Part shown: in pieces, positions 10,250-18,500 of the stretch | Position numbering within the stretch: position 1 is the first letter of the stretch | How the letters are laid out: each line of letters starts with the position of its first letter | Origin: Sphingomonadaceae bacterium | GTDB lineage: Bacteria > Chloroflexota > UBA6077 | Assembly: GCA_050261575.1 (NCBI GenBank) | Contig: JBLNDL010000011.1 | Span: 110,539 to 130,538, forward strand | Direction of reading: 5' to 3' | DNA: 20,000 nucleotides | Translations under genes and position numbers: made by a program | Notes under the pieces: generated by a model | Seen by the model: the letters and a program-made list of their open reading frames with translations, nothing else | What the model was told of the DNA's origin: nothing | Database searches by the model: none

Positions 10250-10578
10250 CAGACAGCCTCCCGTCCCCCCCACTCCCTCTTGGCGAGGGTTAGGGCGAGG
10301 GCTCCAGCTCCACTGCCAGCCTTGCCACCATCGCCCCGACCCTCTCCCAGATGGAGAGGGCGCGTGTCACGTCCCCACAGCATCCCCTCCGTCGCGGCCC
10401 TCACATGGCAGGCCGGAACCGCCGAGCACCCGACGCGGGTGGGGCACCGCACGAGTGAGCAGGAGCCGCACTCCGTCTCCCGCCACGGCGGCCGGAGGCT
10501 ACGTTCCGCCCGATACCGGTAGTCGAAGAGGCCGCGAAGCTCGGTAGCCCGCAGAGGGTTCCTGTCCCTATCTGGCAT
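10249..10578 (-). CDS. Small Cys-motif protein (109 aa), hypothetical
   Basis: GGAGG RBS; ATG overlaps the upstream GT9 end and the stop overlaps the next ATG; contains CGSC-SLVR-CP-TRVG-C-x5-CH. Confidence 0.6.
   Translation of the reverse strand: MPDRDRNPLRATELRGLFDYRYRAERSLRPPWRETECGSCSLVRCPTRVGCSAVPACHVRAATEGMLWGRDTRPLHLGEGRGDGGKAGSGAGALALTLAKREWGGREAV
10267..10360. repeat. Inverted pair of REP-like palindromic repeats (CCCTCACCC..CCCTCTCCC..GGGAGAGGG type, degenerate)
   Basis: Reverse complement of 10267-10301 is CCCTCGCCCTAACCCTCGCCAAGAGGGAGTGGGGG; 10328-10360 is CCATCGCCCCGACCCTCTCCCAGATGGAGAGGG. Confidence 0.65.
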
Positions 10579-11662
10579 CGCGTCGCCCTCCGGTCGTCTC
10601 CTCCAGCAGCCCTGCCGCCGCCCTCACCACCTCCGACGGCGCGACCCCCCTCAGACACTCCTGCTCGTATGGACAGACGCGGCTGTAGCAGAGGGCACAG
10701 GGCACCTCTCGGTAGAGCAGCCGGTGTGGCACCCTCCAGGGCCGCCACTGCTCGGGGGGATTGGTGAGGGCGAAGAGGTCGACCACCGGGGTCTTCACCG
10801 CCGCGGCCACGTGGGCGGGGCCTGTGTTGTTGGTCACCACCAGATCCGACAGCGAGAGCAGCGCCACGAACTCCCTGAAGTCCGCCCGCCCCGCCATGGA
10901 GATGGCCGCGCGTCGCATCCGCCCCCGTACCTTCTCCACCAGTTCCACCTCCCCGGAGTCGCCCGTGAACACCACCTGCGCACCCACCTGCTGCACGAGG
11001 AGGTCCGCCACCTGCGCGAACATCTCCCAGGGATAGGTCCTGGCCGGCATGCTGCACCCGGGGTGCAGCACCACCAGGGGACGGCCGCCCGACACACCCT
11101 CGGCGCTCAGCCGTTGACGCACGGACGCTCGCTCCTTCGGCAGAACGCGCAGCACCAGGTCGAGGTCGGAGGTGCGGAATCCCTCTGCTCCGACCAGGTC
11201 GAGCGCGCGCTCCACCTCGTGCATGCCGCGCTCCTCCGGGTGCTTGTGCCTGGTCGTCAGGAGAGAGCCGGAACCGTCGATCGAAGCCCCGAGCCGCAGG
11301 GGGATCCCCGCCAGATAGGCCAGGTAAGCAGCCGGCAGCGGACTCTGGCGAAAACTGGTGAAGATGATCGCACCGTCGAAGCGGCGTTCCCTCAGCATCT
11401 CGACCATCCCCAGCTCGCGAACGAAGTCGTGCGGCAGCCTCTCCCAGGGGTCCATCCACGGGGCCTCGTAGACGATCGCGTCGTCCAGGTCCGGGTTCAG
11501 CTCCGCAACCTGCGCCCCCACCGGGCTCGCCAGCAGCGTCAGCTCAGCGTCCGGCAGCGTCTCCCTCACGGCGTGAAAGGCCGGCGTGCACAGCAGGACA
11601 TCCCCCAGGTTGTCCAGGCGAACCAGCAGCAGCTTCCTGGCGGCCATCCAGCGGCTATCCAT
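10568..11662 (-). CDS. Glycosyltransferase family 9 (WaaF/RfaF-like heptosyltransferase)
   Basis: 364 aa; VRLDNLGDVLL..PA, LHPG, NNTGPAHVAAAVKTPVVDLF and C-terminal PCALCYSRVCPYEQECL. Confidence 0.93.
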   Translation of the reverse strand: MDSRWMAARKLLLVRLDNLGDVLLCTPAFHAVRETLPDAELTLLASPVGAQVAELNPDLDDAIVYEAPWMDPWERLPHDFVRELGMVEMLRERRFDGAIIFTSFRQSPLPAAYLAYLAGIPLRLGASIDGSGSLLTTRHKHPEERGMHEVERALDLVGAEGFRTSDLDLVLRVLPKERASVRQRLSAEGVSGGRPLVVLHPGCSMPARTYPWEMFAQVADLLVQQVGAQVVFTGDSGEVELVEKVRGRMRRAAISMAGRADFREFVALLSLSDLVVTNNTGPAHVAAAVKTPVVDLFALTNPPEQWRPWRVPHRLLYREVPCALCYSRVCPYEQECLRGVAPSEVVRAAAGLLEETTGGRRDAR

Positions 11663-12293
11663 GCCGCCGCACCTCCTCTCCCGAGAGCGGGTCCGTCTCG
11701 CCGAGCCCCGGGCGGGGGACGGTCCCCCGCCCGACGGCCGGATCCGATTCCAGTATGTGCCGCGCCGCCTCGAGAAACCCGCGAGCGACGTAATCCGGCG
11801 TCCTTTCGGGCCTACCGGGCTCGCCCTCCGTCCCCAGGTCGATCAGGATCGCCCGAGTGCCCACCCGCTTTCCGGCCTCGACATCGTCCAGGATGTCACC
11901 TATCAGCCACGAGGACCTCGGGTCCACGTGGAAGTCACCACAGCCCCTCAGCACCAGCCCGGGCGCGGGTTTGCGGCATTCACACCTTCGCGCGTACCTG
12001 GGCACCACCCCCTCGGGATGGTGAGGGCAGTAGTACCATCCATCGATCGCCGCACCCCGCTCCTCCAGCATCGCCCCCAGCCGCCTATGCATCACGGCGA
12101 GTTGCCGCTCCGTGAAGAAGCCCCTGGCAATGCCGCTCTGGTTGGTCACCACGATCAACAGGTATCCCGCCGCTTTCAGCAGTCTCAGCCCCTCCGGGAC
12201 CCCATCCAGCAACTCGATCCCGTCGGGATCGCAGACAAACGGATGGTTTCTGATGAGGGTCCCGTCCCGGTCCAGAAAGACCGCCTTTCTCAT
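11655..12293 (-). CDS. gmhB: D-glycero-D-manno-heptose-1,7-bisphosphate 7-phosphatase (HAD family), 212 aa
   Basis: MRKAVFLDRDGTL, VVTNQSGIARG, CPHHP..CECRKPAPG and IGD..DD; ATG 12293 overlaps the HTH gene stop (ATGA). Confidence 0.93.
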   Translation of the reverse strand: MRKAVFLDRDGTLIRNHPFVCDPDGIELLDGVPEGLRLLKAAGYLLIVVTNQSGIARGFFTERQLAVMHRRLGAMLEERGAAIDGWYYCPHHPEGVVPRYARRCECRKPAPGLVLRGCGDFHVDPRSSWLIGDILDDVEAGKRVGTRAILIDLGTEGEPGRPERTPDYVARGFLEAARHILESDPAVGRGTVPRPGLGETDPLSGEEVRRHG

Positions 12294-12499
12294 GATCGTC
12301 CCGTCTCCTCGCCCTTGCCCTCGGGCTGGGGAAGGGTTCCGCGCCGCATCATCTCCTCCAGGGCCTTGGCCCTGATCCGCCATTGCTGCCCGATCTTGAA
12401 GGCCGGCAGCTTTCCGGCCCGACACCAGGCGTAAACCGTTGCGGGGGTGGTCTTCAGGATCGCTGCCACCTCCTGGACTGTCAGCACCTCCTCAGCCAT
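12290..12499 (-). CDS. Small excisionase-family/HTH_17 (MerR-like, BldC-type) DNA-binding protein, 69 aa
   Basis: MAEEVLTVQEVAAILKTTPATVYAWCRAGKLPAFKIGQQWRI fits the LT..EVA..L.V...TVY.W...G.LPA.KIG..WR pattern. Confidence 0.9.
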   Translation of the reverse strand: MAEEVLTVQEVAAILKTTPATVYAWCRAGKLPAFKIGQQWRIRAKALEEMMRRGTLPQPEGKGEETGRS

Positions 12500-12536
12500 A
12501 GGCGCCAACCTTTCCCGCTCGAGAAGCGAGAAGAAA

Positions 12537-12552
12537 AGCAATCGACATACCA
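12537..12552 (-). promoter_or_regulatory. Sigma-54 (-24/-12) promoter upstream of the HTH gene
   Basis: Minus strand TGGTATG-TCGA-TTGCT with exact GG-N10-GC spacing; predicted +1 near 12526, about 27 nt before the ATG and its RBS. Confidence 0.75.
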
Positions 12553-12605
12553 CCCCTGGAACAACCCTGAGCCTTTCGCATCCCCTCACTCCCTCTTCAG
12601 TGATG

Positions 12606-12663
12606 AGCCACGAGCAATGAGTGAGAGTACTTCACGTCCACTCGTCACTCATTACTCGTGGCT
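12606..12663. repeat. Long inverted repeat starting at the hldE stop codon
   Basis: AGCCACGAGCAATGAGTGA..TCACTCATTACTCGTGGCT: 19-bp arms with one mismatch (a G-U pair in minus-strand RNA) plus an inner stem; the right arm contains three heptamers, ACTCGTC ACTCATT ACTCGTG. Confidence 0.75.
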
Positions 12664-14128
12664 ACGCCGCCCGTGCGCGCCGGGCCACCTTCCCCCTGAG
12701 CAAGCGGGTCGAACGCGGCTCCACCAGCGGCAGGATCACCACCTCGCCCCCCACCTCCCGCACCGCCGCCGCCTCAAGAAGCTCGTCCTCCTGGTAGTCG
12801 CCGCCCTTCACGTGCACGTGGGGACGGATCTCCCGGATGAGTTCACTCGGCTCAGGCTCGTCGAACAGCACAGCGTGGTCCACCGACTCCAACGCCGCCA
12901 CCACCGAGAGCCTCTCCTGCTCCTGATTGCGCGGGCTTTGGCCGTTCAGTCTTCGCAGACTCTCGTCGGAGTTGACGCCGACGATCAACACGTCGCCCAG
13001 CCTTCGTGCCTCCTTCAGGAAGGCGATGTGTCCGCTGTGCAGCCCGTCGAAGGCGCCGTTGGCAAACACCAGCCGCTTCCCCTCGGCCCGATACTCCTCC
13101 AGTCGCTCCGGCAGGCTATCCGCCGACGGCTCCTCCCCGGAGAGGCTCAGCCTCTGGAGCAGCTCCTGCTGCTCCACCACCGCGGTGTGGACCTTGCCGA
13201 CCGCTATGCCCGCAGCCTCCACTGCCACCTCAGTCGCCACCTGGATGCCGAGGCCCGAGGCCAAACCCAGGGCAAGCGCCGCGGCGAAGGTGTCCCCTGC
13301 CCCCACCGCATCCGGATTCCGCACCCTCTGAGCGCGTACCCGCACGGTGGGCTCCCCCCGCTCGAACAGAAGGGCCCCGTCGGCACCCATCGTCACGATC
13401 ACCCACCGCGTGCCGATCCGCTCCAGCAAACCTCGGCCGAGAGCCTCCAGGCCGTTCGCCGAGTGCCCCCTCGAGGCGGCATCCACCGGCGACGCGAAGT
13501 AGCCTTGCGCATCCAGGTGGTTGGGGGTTATCACGCTCACGTTCTGGAAGCTGTGTCGAGACAGGTCCTTGGAGTCGACCACAACCAGCCGGTCGTGCGC
13601 GCGGTTCAGGCTGCCCAGTTCGGCGACGAATGCCGGCGTAACCACCCCCTTCGCGTAGTCCGAGACGATCACCACGTCGCTGTCCCGGAAGAGCGCGCGG
13701 AAGCCCTCGAGCAACTGCCACTGGACCTCTCCGGTTAGGTCCCGGTCCTCCTCCTCGTCGCACCTCGCTAGAAAGTGGCCGTCTGCCAGGATCCGCAGCT
13801 TGGTGGTGGTCGGGCGGTCGGGATCGACGATCATGGGGGCCACGTCGACGCCACGGGACAGCAGCTCGCGCCGCAGCACCTCCCCCTCGTGATCGGCTCC
13901 GACTGCCGCAAGCAGGGTCGCCCGCCCCCCCAGGGACCTGACGTTGGCCGCGGTGTTGGCGGCCCCGCCTGGCAGGAACCTCCGGTCACAGGACCTCACC
14001 ACGGGCACCGGGCCCTCCGGGGAGAGTCGGGTGGCAGTTCCAAGGTAGTAGGCGTCCAGCATGGCGTCGCCTACGATCAGTGCCCTCACACCGCCGAAGC
14101 GGCGGACGGCGTCTGTGGCGCCGCTCAC
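12662..14128 (-). CDS. hldE: Bifunctional heptose-7-phosphate kinase / heptose-1-phosphate adenylyltransferase (RfaE/HldE)
   Basis: 488 aa. PfkB kinase domain: GDAMLD.Y, RLSPEGPVPV, GGAANTA, TTTKLRI, SDYAKG, GAGD. Nucleotidyltransferase domain: NGAFDGLHSGH, GVNSDES, VKGGDY. Confidence 0.93.
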   Translation of the reverse strand: MSGATDAVRRFGGVRALIVGDAMLDAYYLGTATRLSPEGPVPVVRSCDRRFLPGGAANTAANVRSLGGRATLLAAVGADHEGEVLRRELLSRGVDVAPMIVDPDRPTTTKLRILADGHFLARCDEEEDRDLTGEVQWQLLEGFRALFRDSDVVIVSDYAKGVVTPAFVAELGSLNRAHDRLVVVDSKDLSRHSFQNVSVITPNHLDAQGYFASPVDAASRGHSANGLEALGRGLLERIGTRWVIVTMGADGALLFERGEPTVRVRAQRVRNPDAVGAGDTFAAALALGLASGLGIQVATEVAVEAAGIAVGKVHTAVVEQQELLQRLSLSGEEPSADSLPERLEEYRAEGKRLVFANGAFDGLHSGHIAFLKEARRLGDVLIVGVNSDESLRRLNGQSPRNQEQERLSVVAALESVDHAVLFDEPEPSELIREIRPHVHVKGGDYQEDELLEAAAVREVGGEVVILPLVEPRSTRLLRGKVARRARAA

Positions 14129-14274
14129 GCCGTAACCCCCTGGGTCGACGGAGCGCCACTGCTTGGCTCAGGGCACTTCCACGTCAGGGGAGGTAGCAAC
14201 AACGTTCTCATAACCCGCTAGCCTTGCCCGCAGTGCCGTTAATCTGTGGTGTCGTCTGCGGGTTGTGGCTAAAG

Positions 14275-14289
14275 GCAAGAGATGTGCCA
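14275..14289 (-). promoter_or_regulatory. Sigma-54 (-24/-12) promoter upstream of hldE
   Basis: Minus strand TGGCACA-TCTC-TTGC, a near-perfect match to TGGCACG-N4-TTGC, immediately downstream of the scpB terminator; predicted +1 near 14263. Confidence 0.8.
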
Positions 14290-14297
14290 TAATGGAG

Positions 14298-14333
14298 ATA
14301 AAACATATAGCCGCGGCGCAAACCGCGGCTATA
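14298..14333 (-). terminator. Rho-independent terminator after scpB
   Basis: TATAGCCGCGG-TTTGCG-CCGCGGCTATA followed by TGTTTTAT on the minus strand. Confidence 0.8.
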
Positions 14334-14368
14334 CGACATTGTACCGTGCTACTTGTAGCTGTTCTGTA

Positions 14369-14902
14369 CTATTCGGGAAGCGGAGGTAGTTCCTCCAAGC
14401 TGCTGAGGCCAAGATACTGTAAGAACTCCGGTGTTGAACCGTACAGCACCGGCCTGCCGACGCTCTCCTTCCGGCCGACTTCCGCTATGAGCCCTCTATT
14501 CAACAAGGTGGTCATCGCGCTATCGGAATTGACCCCGCGGATCGCTTCCACCTCCCCTCGCGTCACCGGCTGCCGGTAGGCCACTATCGCCAGCGTCTCC
14601 AGTGCCGCCCGCGAGAGCCTGACGGGTCGATCCAACCCCAACAACGCCTCCACGTACCTGGCGGACTCCGGGTCGGTCACCAACTCCAGCTCGTCGCCCT
14701 GGCTCTGCACACGCAGCCCGAGGGGGGGATTCTCGCGAAGATGGCGCAGCAGGTCAGCCACCTGGGCCGTCGGCACACCCAGCGCCCGCGCCACCTCCTC
14801 CTGCTTCACCGGCCCGCCTCCCGCGAAGAGCACCGCCACCAGATGGCGAGCCATGTCTAGCGGCGCAGATTCCGTCGGCGGACCTTCGGCATAGTACTCC
14901 AA
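14369..14902 (-). CDS. scpB: SMC-Scp complex subunit ScpB
   Basis: AVLFAGG.PV, LSRAALETLAIVAYRQPVTRGEVEAIRGVNSD and GRPVLYGSTPEFLQYLGLSSLEELPPL. Exact start uncertain. Confidence 0.95.
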   Translation of the reverse strand: MEYYAEGPPTESAPLDMARHLVAVLFAGGGPVKQEEVARALGVPTAQVADLLRHLRENPPLGLRVQSQGDELELVTDPESARYVEALLGLDRPVRLSRAALETLAIVAYRQPVTRGEVEAIRGVNSDSAMTTLLNRGLIAEVGRKESVGRPVLYGSTPEFLQYLGLSSLEELPPLPE

Positions 14903-14912
14903 TACGACTTCC

Positions 14913-15494
14913 TCAGACTCGAAAGGGGTCCTTCGGCGCCACCTCCGGATCCAGCGGCGTCGGTCGGGGACCGCCGCCGCCGTGCTTCACCGTCACCTTC
15001 AGCGACTTGATCTGGATCCCCATCTTGTTCTCGATCTCGTCGCGCACCGCCTGGAGGACCTCTTCCGACTTCTTCGGGAGATCGAGGTCGGCATCGGTGG
15101 ACAGACGGAGCAGCACGTCGACGGCCTTGCCGTGGCTGCGCACCGACGGCTGCGCCTCCCTGACCCCCGCCACCGTCTCCGCGACCCTCTTCACCCTCAT
15201 CGCGACGGAGTCGTTGGTCAGTTCCGCCGTGCCCGCGGCACCCTGGGTCACCACCACCGACTGCCGAGCCGATGGCCTCAGCTCCGCAAGCAGCAGCAGG
15301 AAGGCAGCGCCCGCCGCCGCCAGCCCTATGGCCGCACCGACGAGCTGAGCGGAGGAGTCCAGACCCAGCGACGCCGCAGTCAGCACGTCCCGAAGGGTCT
15401 CGATCACGGGCCTCGGCAGGAGCGACACCAGCAGGGTGGCCACGATGAACACCAGCAGGATGAGCGACACCAGTATCCGGTTGAATAGGTTCAT
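14913..15494 (-). CDS. AmaP-like membrane-anchored protein with Asp23/Gls24-like C-terminal domain
   Basis: 193 aa; MNLFNRIL start, two TM helices, then a soluble alpha/beta domain (GVREAQPSV..VRDEIENKMGIQIKSLKVTV); GGAGG RBS. Confidence 0.7.
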   Translation of the reverse strand: MNLFNRILVSLILLVFIVATLLVSLLPRPVIETLRDVLTAASLGLDSSAQLVGAAIGLAAAGAAFLLLLAELRPSARQSVVVTQGAAGTAELTNDSVAMRVKRVAETVAGVREAQPSVRSHGKAVDVLLRLSTDADLDLPKKSEEVLQAVRDEIENKMGIQIKSLKVTVKHGGGGPRPTPLDPEVAPKDPFRV

Positions 15495-15546
15495 TTCCGC
15501 CTCCGGCGCAGCGATCAGCCCTCATCCTTCGGCTGTCGGCCGCGCG

Positions 15547-15555
15547 ATTATACCA
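15547..15555 (-). promoter_or_regulatory. Extended -10 (TGnTATAAT) sigma-70 promoter for the amaP-like gene and scpB
   Basis: Minus strand TGGTATAAT overlapping the YfhO stop codon, about 53 nt upstream of ATG 15494; no clear -35. Confidence 0.6.
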
Positions 15556-18500
15556 CGGCGCGAGGAGATGGCCGGCGCCGAAGCGCACGGCCAGCCAGCA
15601 CTAGCAGGGTGCCAGAGGCGACGGCGAGGCTGACCAGGGTGATGTAGAGCCCCACCTGGAATGACACCGGGGCGTAGCGGAACACCACCCTGTGCTCTCC
15701 GGCGCCCACCTGCACCGCCCGGAAGAAGTAGTTGGCACGCTCGATGGGAACCTCGACGCCATCCACCTCCGCCTTCCATCCCGGATAGTAGGGATCCAGC
15801 AGCACCAGGTAGCCGGACTCGTCGGTCTTCACGTCGACCACGACTTCGCTCGGCTCGTGGCTGATCAGTCGGGCTTCCCCCCTGTTCCCAGCCGGAGGCA
15901 ACGGCCGGTAGACGGATCTTGACGTGGGAGAGGCGGCCAGTACGACCACGCTGTCCAGGGGAAGCTCGGAGCGGCCGAGCACCTCCAGAGCTCGATCGTC
16001 GTCCCGCACCAGGCTGTTGTGCACCAAGAACGCCCTGGGCAACGGATCGCGGACGGTGTACAGCTTCATGTCGAAGAAGAGCTGTCGCTCCATCCGGTCC
16101 GACAGCACGAGCGGCACGCTGATCCCAGCCCGATCGTCGATGAGGGTGATGGCGCGCACGCGGACCTTCGCCCCGCTGAGGAGGTTTGTCATGGAGATCT
16201 CCTTCAGTTTGAGGGGCGCCGGCAAGTTGATCCTGGCGTAGTACTCGGTGGGCTTCTCCTTAGGGTTCCAGGACTCCACCAGCGTCGGCTTCCGGTGCGC
16301 GGGCGGCGGGTTCACTTCGTCCCGCTCCGGGGTCTCGCCCGTCTCCATCCCCATGCGTACCGGCAGGGACAGGGTCACACCCGAGCCGTCCGCCAGCATC
16401 AGACTCGCCGCGGGAACGCCGTCCGCCTGCTCCCTCGCCCCCTCGGTGCTGGTGATCAGACCGATGGAGGTGACGGTCAGGTCGGGCATGCGCCGCAGCC
16501 GCTCGGTCTGGCCGGGATCGAGGACGATGCTGATGCCGCGATCGTAGTACACGCCGTCGATACGGGTATCCTGCAGCTTCGTGCCCAGCACGTAGCGCAC
16601 GTTGAGCAGGTCGAGCAGCCGCATCGGCGGCACGTACGCCAGGTTGGGTCGCAACTGGTTGTCCGCTGGGATCCCAGGGACCGGCATCAGCAGGTCCTTG
16701 AGCGCTGCGTACCGCCGCAGCGGCAGGATGCCGCCATCGTAGCCGTCGACCGTCTCGATGCCGTACTCCATCGGGATGTTGGCGGCCAGCGTCTCGCTCA
16801 GCTTTACGTTCACCATGAACTGAACGAGCGCGTCGGGGTGCAGCATGTCTCCGTACTGCTGCTTGTAGTCCGGCGTCTCCTTCACCTCGTAGCTGTCCGT
16901 CGCGAAGCTCAGCAGCCGGCCGGGCCCGTCTCGGGTCGCCGCGTCCTCCAGCAGGTAGCGGGTACTGGTGCGCTCCGGCCTGTATGCCTCGAAGGGGATC
17001 GGGTGTCGCACCGAACTCGTCTCGCCCGCCATCCACAACTCTCCTGCCACCACGGCTATCAGCAGCCCCAGCACCACCCAGCCGATCCGCCGTCCCCGCG
17101 TGGCGAGGGCGGCCAGCACCAGGGTGAGCGCAGCTAGGGCTCCCCAAACCTGCATCTGCTGCGGAGTGGGAGGCGGGTCGGCGAAACGATAGAACAGATA
17201 GAGCATCGCGCCCGCCGCGGCGAGCACCAGTGCGGGCGCCATCAGCCTCAGCGTCACTGCCCTTCGCCCAAGAGACCGCCGCTCCGGCGGGCGCCTGCGA
17301 CGGGACCCCAGGTCGAGGAGTAGTTGAGCGCCGAGGCCGGCCATGCCGCACACTCCCAGGGTGTAGACCAGCAGCCAGCGCGCCGGAACGCGGAAGAGGT
17401 CCAGCCCCGGAACCCACTGGAAGAGGAAGGGGTAGAAGGGGTTGTACTTGCCCAGGGCCATGAACATCCCCAGGGCCACCAGCCCAGCCATGAAGACAGA
17501 CACGGGGCGGGTCCACCACGCGACGAGGGCGAGGATGGCCAGCACCAACGGTACGACCCCGACGTGGCCCACGTACTCGCTGAAGAGCTGAGACGGGTAG
17601 GTGGGCAGGACGGTGAAGAGAGCGCTCGTGGGAGGCAGTGAGAAGGAGGCGGCGTCCCAGTAGGTCATTCCTCCGGCTCGGATGGACTCGCCCGACAGCT
17701 CCAGGGTGGGTATCACCTGCACCGCCGAGATCCCGACCTCGATCAGGCCAGCCACGACCAGGTAGGCGAGCGGTCGCACTCGGCCGGCAATGCCGGAGTC
17801 GCCACGTGCGGCACCGTGGCCATCGTCGCCGTCCCGTGCGAGTGGCCAGATCTTGTCACCCTGAACGGCCGCCACCTCGCCGCCGGCCTGAGCAAACGCG
17901 AGGGTATCCTCGGTCCGCAACTCGCCGCGCAGCCCATCCCGCACCTCGCCGCTCGGCACGAGGGCCGTCTCCCCGAGCGGCGCTGCGCCTCCTCCAGACT
18001 CCGCGGCCTCCCCGCTGCCTCCTCGAACCGCGGCGGCCCCGCGCAAGGGCTTGCGCGGCACGATCGCTCGCCAAAGGGCGAGGAGGCCCAGGATAACGGT
18101 GCTGAAGTACCACTCCTGAGTGTGGCCGGCGAGCAACTGGAGGGTGCCCACCAACCCCGTCGCGATAGCCAGGGCAACACTGCGTCGACGCACCGCCTCG
18201 TCGAACGTCACCAACAGCAGGGGCATCCACGCGGCCACCGTCAACTGGTTGATATGACCGACCTGGCCGGAGAGGAAGCCGCTGAACATGAAGGCGATGG
18301 ACCCGAGTAGGGCCGGCAGCGCCGACACCTCCAGGGAGCGCCGAGCGAAGAGGTACATCGCGCCCCCGGCCAGCAGCACGTGGCCGACCACCGAGGCCGA
18401 ATAGGCATAGGGCGTGGGAAGCAGGAGGAACAGCAGGTTTCCGGGGTAGAGCACCGCTGTCTGGATGTTGGCGAAGAAGGGCGCCCCCAGGAAATAGTAG

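Noticed and set aside
12290..12499. Prophage or ICE excisionase
   Set aside because: No integrase, att-like repeats, tRNA or phage genes nearby, and the gene is coupled to gmhB.
12492..12589. 29-aa uORF (ATG 12581) or extended GTG start (12589) for the HTH gene
   Set aside because: Both begin upstream of the predicted sigma-54 start site, and neither adds a recognisable sequence; possible only on read-through transcripts.
14285..14293. Plus-strand TGcCATAAT extended -10
   Set aside because: It points antisense into the scpB terminator with no downstream gene, and is better explained by the overlapping minus-strand sigma-54 box.
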